Of a DNA stretch of 64,000 nt, positions 1 to 9,206 are shown in pieces (within the stretch, counting starts at the first letter, position 1; the number at the start of each line of letters is the position of its first letter). The position numbers and the translations under genes were made by a program. The stretch lies in contig JBCCHT010000009.1 in the NCBI GenBank assembly GCA_039028615.1, forward strand, positions 212,889 through 276,888, given 5' to 3'. The DNA is from Myxococcota bacterium (GTDB lineage Bacteria; Myxococcota_A; Polyangia; Nannocystales; Nannocystaceae). The notes below the pieces were generated by a model, which saw only the letters and a list, made by a program, of their open reading frames with translations, had not been told where the DNA came from and ran no database searches.

Positions 1-2
1 GG

Positions 3-677
3 CTGCAGGGGCTGCTGGAGGCCTTGGAGGTCGAGCTCGAGGACGGTCGCCGAGTCACGGTCCTCGAACATGTACGCAGCGCGGCGAAGGTCCTGGTCCA
101 CGGGAACACGGCCGAGAGCTTCGAGATGCCGCACCGTTGGCCTGCCATCTCCAAGCGAACCCGCCGAGCACTGCTCGATGCTGCATGGGAGGCTACGCAG
201 GCACGGTTCGCGAGCGCTCGAGCGGGCCGGTCGCGCTATGGCGATCGCGATGCCCAGTACGTGGTGCGGACCTTCGTTCGGGTTCGCCGCGAGGACGGAT
301 GCCCGCCGGACCTCGTGTGGTCCGAACCTTCGGCTCCCTTCGAGATCGCGGCTTGGTTCGAGGGATCCCCTGCGCCGAAGCGCATCATCGAGCTCCCCGA
401 TCCTCTGAACGGAGGCTTGGCGGCGATCAAGCCGAGTGTTGCGTTCTCCGTGCCGTCGTCGTTCTCCAACTTTCTCGGTGGCAACTCCGAAGAGGACATC
501 CTGACCGGCAACGCCAGCGAAGGTTCGGGCCCCGGCTTCGGGTTCTTGTGTGCATGGAGCATTCCCATCGTGACGCTGTGCGCGTTCGCGATGCTCACCA
601 TCATCGTCAATCTCCTCAACTGGGTGTTCTGGTGGCTGCCGTTCGTGAAGATCTGCATCCCCATCAAGACCAAGTGA
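3..677 (+). CDS. eCIS-associated hypothetical protein, 5'-truncated, with C-terminal hydrophobic segment
   Basis: Frame is open from the window edge; ends FLCAWSIPIVTLCAFAMLTIIVNLLNWVFWWLPFVKICIPIK; lies directly upstream of the gp25-like gene. Confidence 0.7.
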   Translation: MQGLLEALEVELEDGRRVTVLEHVRSAAKVLVHGNTAESFEMPHRWPAISKRTRRALLDAAWEATQARFASARAGRSRYGDRDAQYVVRTFVRVRREDGCPPDLVWSEPSAPFEIAAWFEGSPAPKRIIELPDPLNGGLAAIKPSVAFSVPSSFSNFLGGNSEEDILTGNASEGSGPGFGFLCAWSIPIVTLCAFAMLTIIVNLLNWVFWWLPFVKICIPIKTK

Positions 678-684
678 ACGCATC

Positions 685-1074
685 GTGAATCGTCGAGCAC
701 CACTCAGCTGGCCGTTGCTGCCCAGGCCCGATGCCGCGGGGCGGCTGCAGTTCCCCGCTTCGCTGGATGTCAGCGTGCAGGAGCGCATTCGTGTGTTGTT
801 GAGCGTGCGGCCAGGGGAGCTGATGTTCCATCCCGAGTTCGGGGCGGGGCTGGACGAGCTGCTGGCCGAGCCCAATACGCTGGAGCTGCGCCGCGAGGTT
901 CACGACCGCATCACGGAGAGCCTGCGTCGCTGGGAGCCGCGGATCGATGTCGAGCGCGTCGATGTCGAGGAGATCGTCGGTCGCCCTACGCAGATTCGTG
1001 TGCGTATTTCGTACCGCCTGCGGCGAACCGGTGCCCTCGCGAGCCTCGGGCTGACTCTGGAGACTGGGAGCTGA
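685..1074 (+). CDS. GPW/gp25-family baseplate protein
   Basis: IRVLLSVRPGELMFHPEFGAGL and LRRWEPRIDV motifs; 129 aa. Confidence 0.92.
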   Translation: MNRRAPLSWPLLPRPDAAGRLQFPASLDVSVQERIRVLLSVRPGELMFHPEFGAGLDELLAEPNTLELRREVHDRITESLRRWEPRIDVERVDVEEIVGRPTQIRVRISYRLRRTGALASLGLTLETGS

Positions 1075-1077
1075 CCA

Positions 1078-3312
1078 ATGCCGATCAATCCGCCACGTCT
1101 CGATGATCGAGGGTTCGACGACCTCGTCGCGGAACTCGTTGCACGCGTCCCCGCTCACACTCCGGAGTGGGCGCCCCAGGTGGGTGATCCGGGACGAACC
1201 CTGATCGACCTGTTCGCGTGGCTCGGCGACACGATCTTGTATCGAGCCAACCTGATCCCGGAGCGCCAGCGGCTCGTGTTCCTCAAGCTGCTCGGGATGC
1301 AGCTGCGTCCGGCCGTTCCTGCTCGGGGGATCGTGGCCCTGGGCCTCAATCCCGATGACACGGAAACGGTGACGGTGGTGCCCGGAGCGACGGTGACGGG
1401 TCCTCCCGACTTCGAGACCCACCGAGAGGTCACCGTCCTGCCCTTCGAGACGAGGGTCTACGCCAAGCGCAGAGTGGACGCTCTGCAGAACGAGAGGATG
1501 GAAGACGTCCTGCGGGGGATGATGGCCGTCTATCGGGCGGTCAACCCCGACGGCGACGCCGACTCGAAGCCGGTTGGCTACCACACGACCGAGGTCTTCC
1601 CCGAAGGCGCGGCCGCGATCGAGAGCTTCGATGTCGTCCGCGACACGGTGGATAACGCGCTGTGGATCGCATTGCTGGCGCCGTCACCCGAGGACGTCGT
1701 GCCCGTTCGCGCGAGTCTCATCGACGGCATCGATGGTCGGCCCTTCACGCTCAATATGGGAGTGGTGCCCGAGGTCGCCCCGGTCGATCGTCTCGAGGAC
1801 CTTCGCGAGCGACGACCACGGCGGACGGTGTTCGAACTGCTCACCACCGAGACGATCGGTGGTCGCAGCGTGTTCACGGTGCTGGACACTCGCTCGGATA
1901 CCACCCGAGGCCTGCGGCGCGACGGGGTCATGGAACTCACGTTCTCGGTGCCGAGCTTCGGTGTGCCGAGCAACGACGTCGCGTCGACACCCTGGGCGGG
2001 GATGGGCGATCTGCCGCCGCGCATCGATGTCCCCGAGGACGCCGCCCGAGTGGTCGGCTGGCTTCGCTTTCGACCGACCGAGCCGCTCAACGAGCTGGCG
2101 GTGCAATGGATGGGGGGGCACGCGGTGGAAGTCGAGCAGACGCGCTCGGTGATCAACCTGGTGGTGGGCACGAGCAACGGGGCTGCCGATCAAGTCGTGT
2201 CTCTCGGGGCCACTTCGGTCGATCCGCTCACCTTCGATCTCCAGATCCGGGACGAAGACGGCCGCTACGTGTCGTGGCGACGGGTCGACGATCTGCTCGC
2301 GGCCGGGCGAGACGACCAGGTGTTCGTGCTCGACTCCGAGGCGGGCGCGGTCCGCTTTGGCGACGACGTCCGCGGCAAGATCCCGCCGGTCGGAGCTCGT
2401 GTTCGGGTCGGGACGATGAAGGCCGGGGGCGGGAAGGCGGGCAACGTGCCAGCCAACACCTTGCGTGAGCTCCACGGCAAGGACCCCACGGGAGCCAACG
2501 TCAAGTCGCTGCGGGTCCTACAACCTCTGCCTGCGCGCGGTGGCGTCGAGGCGGAGACCTTGGTGCAGGCCGAGCGAAGGATCCCCGCGACGTTGCGCCA
2601 TCGCAATCGGGCGGTGACGGAAAACGACTACCGGGCTCTCGCGGCGACGGTGCCGGGAGTGAAGGTGGGGCGCGTCGAGATCCTGCCTCGCTTCAAGCCG
2701 CACCAGCGTCGACACAACGTGCCCGGGGTCGTGACGGTGATGGCCATCCCCTCGGTGGCTCGTGGTGATCTTCGAGCCCCGACTCCCCGGGGTGATCGGC
2801 ACTTCATCGAGAGCGTGCACGCGTGGCTCGACGAGCGGCGCGCAGTGGGGACCGAGCTTTATGTCATCAACCCCGAATACGTTCCGATCGCGATCAGCGT
2901 AGGCGTCGAGCTGCGGCACGGGTTCGCGGTCGAGCAGACGCTGGCGGCGGTTCGGCTGTCGTTGCGATCGTTCTTCTGGCCACTGCCACCGCGGGGCCCG
3001 GGTCGGCGTGGCTGGCCCCTGGGCACGACGGTCTCTGCGGCCCAAGCCGAAGTGGCGGTGGCACGTACACCCGGTGTCTCGCTCATCCGCGGGCTGCGGC
3101 TGTTCTCACGTGACGAGCAGTGGGAGGCGGTCGATCGAGGCGAGCTTCGGCTACAGCCCTGGCAGCTCCCCGAGCTGATGCATGTGGTGGCGGTGAGCAG
3201 CGCCGAAGCACCTGCGGATCCCCGCGCCATTCCCGATGCGTTCGCCGGCTCGACGACAGGTGCGGGCACGCGACCGTCGATCTTCGTTCCTCTCGTCCCG
3301 GAGGTGTGCTGA
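1078..3312 (+). CDS. Baseplate J-like assembly protein (Afp11/Pvc11-like)
   Basis: PRLDDRGFDDLV..HTPEW..DPGRTLIDLFAW; VRFGDDVRGKIPP; GGVEAET..RHRNRAVTENDY. Confidence 0.92.
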   Translation: MPINPPRLDDRGFDDLVAELVARVPAHTPEWAPQVGDPGRTLIDLFAWLGDTILYRANLIPERQRLVFLKLLGMQLRPAVPARGIVALGLNPDDTETVTVVPGATVTGPPDFETHREVTVLPFETRVYAKRRVDALQNERMEDVLRGMMAVYRAVNPDGDADSKPVGYHTTEVFPEGAAAIESFDVVRDTVDNALWIALLAPSPEDVVPVRASLIDGIDGRPFTLNMGVVPEVAPVDRLEDLRERRPRRTVFELLTTETIGGRSVFTVLDTRSDTTRGLRRDGVMELTFSVPSFGVPSNDVASTPWAGMGDLPPRIDVPEDAARVVGWLRFRPTEPLNELAVQWMGGHAVEVEQTRSVINLVVGTSNGAADQVVSLGATSVDPLTFDLQIRDEDGRYVSWRRVDDLLAAGRDDQVFVLDSEAGAVRFGDDVRGKIPPVGARVRVGTMKAGGGKAGNVPANTLRELHGKDPTGANVKSLRVLQPLPARGGVEAETLVQAERRIPATLRHRNRAVTENDYRALAATVPGVKVGRVEILPRFKPHQRRHNVPGVVTVMAIPSVARGDLRAPTPRGDRHFIESVHAWLDERRAVGTELYVINPEYVPIAISVGVELRHGFAVEQTLAAVRLSLRSFFWPLPPRGPGRRGWPLGTTVSAAQAEVAVARTPGVSLIRGLRLFSRDEQWEAVDRGELRLQPWQLPELMHVVAVSSAEAPADPRAIPDAFAGSTTGAGTRPSIFVPLVPEVC

Positions 3313-3313
3313 G

Positions 3314-5719
3314 GTGGATGCGAACGGGCAGCGCTTCTGGTCGTTGGCGGGCGAGCAGGCGTGGGTGCGACAGGGGGCTCCGCCTCCGGTCCACGACAGC
3401 GAGCGCCGGACCTTTCGACTGGGCAGCCATCGCGAGCTTGGTTTTACCGAGTCGCCCGACGAAGCCGAGGAGCGTCGGGGGCGGCCGCGTATGACCCACG
3501 ACCGGCATGGCACCCATGCGTTCGTCGACCCCGTTACCAACGAGATCCATGGGGCGGGAGCGCTGTCCGGGAGCGTCGTGCTCCACGCGCCGGACGATCC
3601 GGTGATCGACGTCGCCGTCGGCTACGACGAAGTCCTCTATTTCATCGAGGAGGCCGAGGTCTGGCTCGTGGACTTGCGGGGTCGCTGGGACGCCGTCGCC
3701 GTGTCGCTGCCCGACTTTGCACCGAGCCGCTTGGCGGCTCGCCCCGAGGGCGGCGTCTGGGTCCTCGACCGTAATGACCAGCAGCTCGCTCGGGTGACCG
3801 GTGTTCCCCTGCCTCGCGAAGGAGCCCGAGAGCGCTCGGACCTGCTCTTCGATCCAAAAGAGGAGAACCCCCGTCCTCCTCGGATGGTCCGGGTCGATCT
3901 CGGGTCGACAGATGCGGAAGAAGCCATCGACATTGCGACGAACTCGCGGGGGCGTACGGTGTTGTTGTCGTGGGAAGCGGATGCGTCGTCCGTGCGCTTT
4001 GTCGCCTCGGACGGTTCGTTGGGGCCACGCCAATTGCTCGACGGCATCGAGCGGCCATTTTCCATCGGGTTCGTGGATGTCGACACCTTGGCCGTGCTGG
4101 TGGCGGCGTTGCATACCGAAGCCGAGGGCGGGCCGCTCGTCCCGGGCGGGACGCAAGTCGTGACCTACGACGGAGGCCCGAGCGACGAGGCGGGGTCGCG
4201 ACTCCCTCTGGGAGGCACCTATCCCTTGCTCGGCCACGATGGTGGTCCGTTCGCCCGTGGCCTCGACGAGCCCGTACGCTACGGCGTGACGGGCAGTGAG
4301 CCGGTCGCTCCCGCGCCGCGGCGCTTGATTCAGATCGCCGCCCCGCGACACGCGATGACGGGCAACCTGGTGACCCCACCAGGGGCTCCGCTCGATGGGG
4401 GCCGCGAGGGGTTCGAGTGGCATCGCGCCTACGTCGAGGCTCACTTTCCTCCCGGCTGTGGCCTGCGGCTGTACGTGCGGGCAAGCGACGAGCCGGTCGA
4501 ACCCGCCGAGGAGCACGAGCATGTGTTCGGTGACGTCGAGCCTGCTCCTGGCCTGCCCCACGGCATCTGGTCGACGATGGCCTCGGAACTGCCCTTTCAC
4601 GATGGGGTCTTGCCTTGTCCGCTCGAGCCGCACCGAGCGGGCTTGTTCACGGTGCTGCTGCAACGAACGGGGCGAGCGGTCACGGCCATTCGCGGTCGGT
4701 ACCTATGGGTGAGGGTGGAACTCGTCGGAGATGGGCGGCTCGGACCCGAGCTGGCGGCGGTCCGGATCTACGGCTCCCGATTCTCCCACGTGGAGAACTA
4801 TCTGCCGCGCATCTACCACGACAACCGCTTCGGAACCGATGCCGACGCGCCTGGGGCCGCGTCCCCGGCCGACTTTCTCGAGCGCTTCGTCGGCAACTTC
4901 GAGGGGGTGCTGACCACCCTCGAAGATCGAATCGCCAACGCTCATCTGCTCACCGACCCGCAGACGTGCCCCGAGGACGCCCTGGGGTGGCTGAGTTCCT
5001 GGGTCGGTCTGGTCTTCGACGCCGCGTACCCGGCCGAGCGACGACGAGTGGCTATCGAGCACGCCATGGCGCTGCATCGCTGGAGGGGGACTGCCCGTGG
5101 TCTCCGCATGGCGATCGACTTGCTCACCGGCGGTGCGGTCGAGCGCGGGAAGGTCGTCATCTTGGAGGGGTGGAGGTTGAGACGGACCTTCGCGACGATC
5201 CTCGGAGCCGACCTCGCCGATGAGGACGACCCGCTATTGGGGGGCGTCGTTCAGAGCGGAAACTCGGTCGTCGGAGACAGCCTCATCCTGGGTGACGACT
5301 TCCGCCGGGAGTTCGTCGCGCTGTTTCGCGAGAACCTGCCCGAGCGGCCGAGTGGTTCGACCCTCGACGAGTGGATTCAGTGGATGGTCGAGCGCTACAT
5401 CGATCCACATGTGGTCGACGCGTTCTTCGATCGACTCGCCCACCGCCTGACGATCCTGGTCCACGCCGAGGACACCGAGCTGCTGACGTCGTTGCGAAAA
5501 ATCGTCGAGCTGGAGACTCCGGCTCACCTCGAGACGGAAGTCGTCTCGGCCCCCTATCCCTTTCTCGTGGGGATGGCGTCGTTGGTGGGCGTCGACACGT
5601 TCCTGCGAGGCCCCGAGGAGCCGCCCGGCATCGTCGTCGGCGAGTCCCGAATCGGTGGCACCGGATTCCTCTCGAGGCCGGCGGCCCTCGACTCTCGCCT
5701 GGAAGGAGGCACCACATGA
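3314..5719 (+). CDS. Phage tail protein I-domain baseplate protein with N-terminal beta-propeller-like region
   Basis: GTG start 1 nt after the baseplate J stop; C-terminal YLPRIY..FLERFVGNFE..DPQTCPEDALGWLSSWVG..RGTARGL..ETPAH. Confidence 0.85.
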   Translation: MDANGQRFWSLAGEQAWVRQGAPPPVHDSERRTFRLGSHRELGFTESPDEAEERRGRPRMTHDRHGTHAFVDPVTNEIHGAGALSGSVVLHAPDDPVIDVAVGYDEVLYFIEEAEVWLVDLRGRWDAVAVSLPDFAPSRLAARPEGGVWVLDRNDQQLARVTGVPLPREGARERSDLLFDPKEENPRPPRMVRVDLGSTDAEEAIDIATNSRGRTVLLSWEADASSVRFVASDGSLGPRQLLDGIERPFSIGFVDVDTLAVLVAALHTEAEGGPLVPGGTQVVTYDGGPSDEAGSRLPLGGTYPLLGHDGGPFARGLDEPVRYGVTGSEPVAPAPRRLIQIAAPRHAMTGNLVTPPGAPLDGGREGFEWHRAYVEAHFPPGCGLRLYVRASDEPVEPAEEHEHVFGDVEPAPGLPHGIWSTMASELPFHDGVLPCPLEPHRAGLFTVLLQRTGRAVTAIRGRYLWVRVELVGDGRLGPELAAVRIYGSRFSHVENYLPRIYHDNRFGTDADAPGAASPADFLERFVGNFEGVLTTLEDRIANAHLLTDPQTCPEDALGWLSSWVGLVFDAAYPAERRRVAIEHAMALHRWRGTARGLRMAIDLLTGGAVERGKVVILEGWRLRRTFATILGADLADEDDPLLGGVVQSGNSVVGDSLILGDDFRREFVALFRENLPERPSGSTLDEWIQWMVERYIDPHVVDAFFDRLAHRLTILVHAEDTELLTSLRKIVELETPAHLETEVVSAPYPFLVGMASLVGVDTFLRGPEEPPGIVVGESRIGGTGFLSRPAALDSRLEGGTT

Positions 5720-6624
5720 GCACACGCAAGGACCGCATCGCCGATCCCGAGTACGACCGACGCGATCGCGTCAACTATGCGGAAGGGGTCTTGCTCGACG
5801 CCCGCGACTTCGAAGACGAGCAGCTTTACCACCGGGCGACGTCCGCCCGGGCGTTGCAGTACCTGTTCGGTACCGGGACGGTCGCCGGTTTGGAGGTGAC
5901 CTACAACCCGGCGACGGGGGAGATCGAGGTGGCACCGGGCCTTGCGATCGACCCTCTGGGTCGCTTGATCGAGCTGCCTCGCACCTGGTGCCTGGTGGTC
6001 GAGGACTGGTTCGACGCGCAACGAGACGAGGACCTGGCGCGATCGTGGATCGACGAAGGCGCTGGACCGGTCTTGGTCGCGGATGTCTTCATTCGATTCG
6101 TCGCGTGCGGTCGCGGAAAAACGCCGTCGTTTGCCACGGGGCCCTTCGATGCGCTCGATGCCGTCACGCCCTCCCGCGTCCGCGATGGGTTCGAACTCGC
6201 GTTGGTGGTGCGCCCCGAGACGGAGCGACGCAGAGAAGATCTGGCGGCCGGAGCCGACCCTCGAGAGATTCCACTGCCGAGCACCGAGGCGGAAGCGGCG
6301 GCCTTGGTCGACCTCCCGGGCGCCGCCTTCGTGACGCAGATGCGACAACGAATCCTGTCCGCGTGGCGGGAAGGAACTCAGCACTGGACCGACGATCGCC
6401 CCCCGGCCCTGGTCGAACACCTCGAGTGGCGCACGCTCGTCGACGAAGTCGATCCCACGGCGGTGGGCCAGGATCCGACGTCCGTGCTCCTCGCTCGAAC
6501 CACCATCCCCGTGACGGCGCCGGCGGCAGGTGGACCTCCCGGGTTCGTGTCTGCGGCCTTTGCCCCCGCAAACTTCGTGCGCCGCTTCGTCTATTGCCCG
6601 GGAGTCCTGACCCGAATCCCGTAG
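5716..6624 (+). CDS. eCIS protein, paralog 1 (shared N-terminal tail-fibre/anchor-like domain)
   Basis: ATGA overlap and GGAGG SD; RVNYAEGVLLDARDFEDEQLYH..GTVAGLEV..VAPGLAIDPLGRLI. Confidence 0.75.
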   Translation: MSTRKDRIADPEYDRRDRVNYAEGVLLDARDFEDEQLYHRATSARALQYLFGTGTVAGLEVTYNPATGEIEVAPGLAIDPLGRLIELPRTWCLVVEDWFDAQRDEDLARSWIDEGAGPVLVADVFIRFVACGRGKTPSFATGPFDALDAVTPSRVRDGFELALVVRPETERRREDLAAGADPREIPLPSTEAEAAALVDLPGAAFVTQMRQRILSAWREGTQHWTDDRPPALVEHLEWRTLVDEVDPTAVGQDPTSVLLARTTIPVTAPAAGGPPGFVSAAFAPANFVRRFVYCPGVLTRIP

Positions 6625-6637
6625 GGAGACGCGTGCT

Positions 6638-9196
6638 ATGGCCGTATTTGATCCCGTAAAGGGCCCAGATCGTGAACGGATCGATCGCGAGGAGCTCGAC
6701 GATGCGACCGACTTGCCCGCGATCCTCCGCGATCGCCGTCGTCGTCGCCCGCGTTACTTCGACCGGCGCTTCCTGACCGCCCGCGACCTCACTCGCGATC
6801 AGCAGTACGTCGCGCTTCGACAGGCCGACCTCGGGCAGATCGGGGGCTCGGGGGTACTCTCGGGGCTCGACGTTCACTCGGACGCTCGCGGAGCGCAGCT
6901 GTTCCTCGAGCCAGGGGTCGGGGTCGCGCGCTCGGGCGAGGTCGTGGCGGTTCGGGAGCGGGTTCGTGCCCGTGTTGCCCACTTGCCCATCACGCACTTT
7001 AGCGGCCGCGCCGTCGACTCGTTGAGCAATCGGAGACCGTGGCGCCGTCGGCATGGGCTGTTCGTCCTCGTGGCGAGGCCGGTCGAGTACGCTCGCGAAC
7101 CCACGACCGCATTCCCGACCGGAGTCTCGGGTGAGCGCAGCCTGGAAGATGGTGAGATCGCTGAAGCCACTTGGCTCACGCTGATGCCGGTGCCGAGCCT
7201 CGCACCGCGCGAGGTCCTACGGCGCGGACGTGCGCGGCTGGCTCGGGAGGTGTTCTTGGAGGGGTTCGACCTCTCCGAGGGGAGCGATGGCCTCGCGCTC
7301 GCGGTGGTGGGCCTCGTCGGCAATCGAATCAACTGGATCGACACCCACATGGTGCGTCGAGACGTCGGTGGCGACGGCCTGCTCGGGCTCGGCATCGAAC
7401 GCCGCAAGAATCGGCTGGCCTTCCAGCGCCACTACGTCGACCGCATTCGAGATGTGGTGGCCGAGCGCGGAGATCGTGGCTTGGGCGAGAACATCGCGGC
7501 CGCCGACGAGTTCGACGTCTTGCCGCCCGTCGGCCCGCTACCTCGGGCGGCACTCCAGGCGGAAAACGGCGATCTGTTCCAGAGCTTCTTTCCCGCCTCC
7601 ATCTACACCGAAGTCACGGTGGTCCCGGAGGACGAGCTGTCGAGTTTCGTCTCTGAGGGGCTGGTGCGTGCGCCCATCGATCTGACGGTGGAGCCCGAGA
7701 CTCTCGAGGCGGTGCCGGTCCTGCTGATCGTTCCAGTTCCCCGGAAGGGCTTGCTCGATCGCATTCGTCGGTTGCAGAGCGGGGTGTTGCGGTCGTCGCT
7801 CTCTGCCGCCGGCCGACCCCTGGCACGAGTGCGGCCGTTCGACGGGCTGTCGGCCCTGAGACGCAAGCTGATGCCCGAAGTCGCAGATCCGAAGCCGTTG
7901 GACATGAAGGCGTGGCGGAGTGCGCTCGAGTCCGCCACCGAGCTGTGGTACATGCGCCGCCCTCAATTCGCGCCCGTGTCTGCCGTCGTGCCTCGGATCC
8001 CCGAAGGTAGCCTCGACAGCGAGCCCATCGAGATGCTCGATGGGCCGGCTCGCGATCACATCGAGGGAGCGGGCGAGGTCGAGCGGTTCAATAATCTGTT
8101 GTCGACAGTGGGAGAGGAGGTCATCGCCGCCCTCGGTGAGACTCTCGCAGACTCCGTGTTTGCGACACCGGTCTTCGTCACCGGGTTGCTCGCCGAGCTG
8201 GCCTACGTGGCTCGCCGCCCTCGCGCGACGGGGTTGCTCCCCGAGCCTCCCGATGCTCCGCGAGCTCCGTTCTTCGTCGAGTCTCCCCCGCTCGACCGAG
8301 TCGTGCTCCGGCCGATCGAACTCGGCGATGTCCAGCGCGTGACCTTGCGGTATCGGGCCCAGGGGGCCGTGGGCGGGATCGCGTTGCTCGGCGCGCTCGG
8401 TGACTTCGAACGGGCCGTGCTCGGCCAGAGCGTGGTGTTGCCGGAGATCGGCGCGTGGCTCAGTCAGCCTCTGGGAGGCTTCGTGACCGTCGGGGTCGTT
8501 CAGCAGATGCTAGCGAATGCCGACGTCGACGGCCTGCGCGGGCTGGCCGAAGGTATGGACCTGAGGATCGCTCGGCTGTTCGACGAATCGCGCTCTGCTC
8601 CTCGGCTGGCCACCTTTGGTGCGGAGCCCCTGCTGCGTCTGGTCTGGGACGTCAGTGCGGCCAGCTTCCGGGAGAGCATCGACGATGCGCTCGCGGACCT
8701 GCCCTTGGGTGAGTCCGCGGTGTTCACCACGATCTTCCTGGTCAAGCTGATCGAGATCGGGTGGGGGCTGGATATCGACACCGCGGACGAGGGGCGGGCG
8801 TTCCTCGACGCGTTGGCGGCATGGGTGCCCGGGACCGCCTTCGCCGTGCCCGGCGTACCCACGCTGCACCCCAATGGCGAGGTCTTGGCAGATGTCTCCC
8901 ATGTCAGTCGCGACTTGCTCGTCGAAGGAGCCTTGAACACGGCACCGGAGACGGTGAGCCAAGCCAGCGAGCGGTTGGTCGACGTGGGTTTCCCCCGACC
9001 GGTGGTCCCGACTTCCGAGGATGCCGAGGCGCTCCAGTTGCTGGCCTTGGCCGCGCCGGGGGTCACGTTCTTGAACGAGATCGCAACCGCGACCGATGCT
9101 GCGCTGGGCTCGTTCGCAACGCAGGCCGGTCAGGCAGTGACGCTGCGGCACATGCTGCTGATGCGCGTTGCCGTAGTCCAGCTGTCGAACTCGTGA
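6638..9196 (+). CDS. eCIS protein, paralog 2
   Basis: RPRYFDRRFLTARDLTRDQQY..GVLSGLDV..LEPGVGVARSGEVV; 852 aa. Confidence 0.75.
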   Translation: MAVFDPVKGPDRERIDREELDDATDLPAILRDRRRRRPRYFDRRFLTARDLTRDQQYVALRQADLGQIGGSGVLSGLDVHSDARGAQLFLEPGVGVARSGEVVAVRERVRARVAHLPITHFSGRAVDSLSNRRPWRRRHGLFVLVARPVEYAREPTTAFPTGVSGERSLEDGEIAEATWLTLMPVPSLAPREVLRRGRARLAREVFLEGFDLSEGSDGLALAVVGLVGNRINWIDTHMVRRDVGGDGLLGLGIERRKNRLAFQRHYVDRIRDVVAERGDRGLGENIAAADEFDVLPPVGPLPRAALQAENGDLFQSFFPASIYTEVTVVPEDELSSFVSEGLVRAPIDLTVEPETLEAVPVLLIVPVPRKGLLDRIRRLQSGVLRSSLSAAGRPLARVRPFDGLSALRRKLMPEVADPKPLDMKAWRSALESATELWYMRRPQFAPVSAVVPRIPEGSLDSEPIEMLDGPARDHIEGAGEVERFNNLLSTVGEEVIAALGETLADSVFATPVFVTGLLAELAYVARRPRATGLLPEPPDAPRAPFFVESPPLDRVVLRPIELGDVQRVTLRYRAQGAVGGIALLGALGDFERAVLGQSVVLPEIGAWLSQPLGGFVTVGVVQQMLANADVDGLRGLAEGMDLRIARLFDESRSAPRLATFGAEPLLRLVWDVSAASFRESIDDALADLPLGESAVFTTIFLVKLIEIGWGLDIDTADEGRAFLDALAAWVPGTAFAVPGVPTLHPNGEVLADVSHVSRDLLVEGALNTAPETVSQASERLVDVGFPRPVVPTSEDAEALQLLALAAPGVTFLNEIATATDAALGSFATQAGQAVTLRHMLLMRVAVVQLSNS

Positions 9197-9206
9197 TGAG
9201 GAGAAG

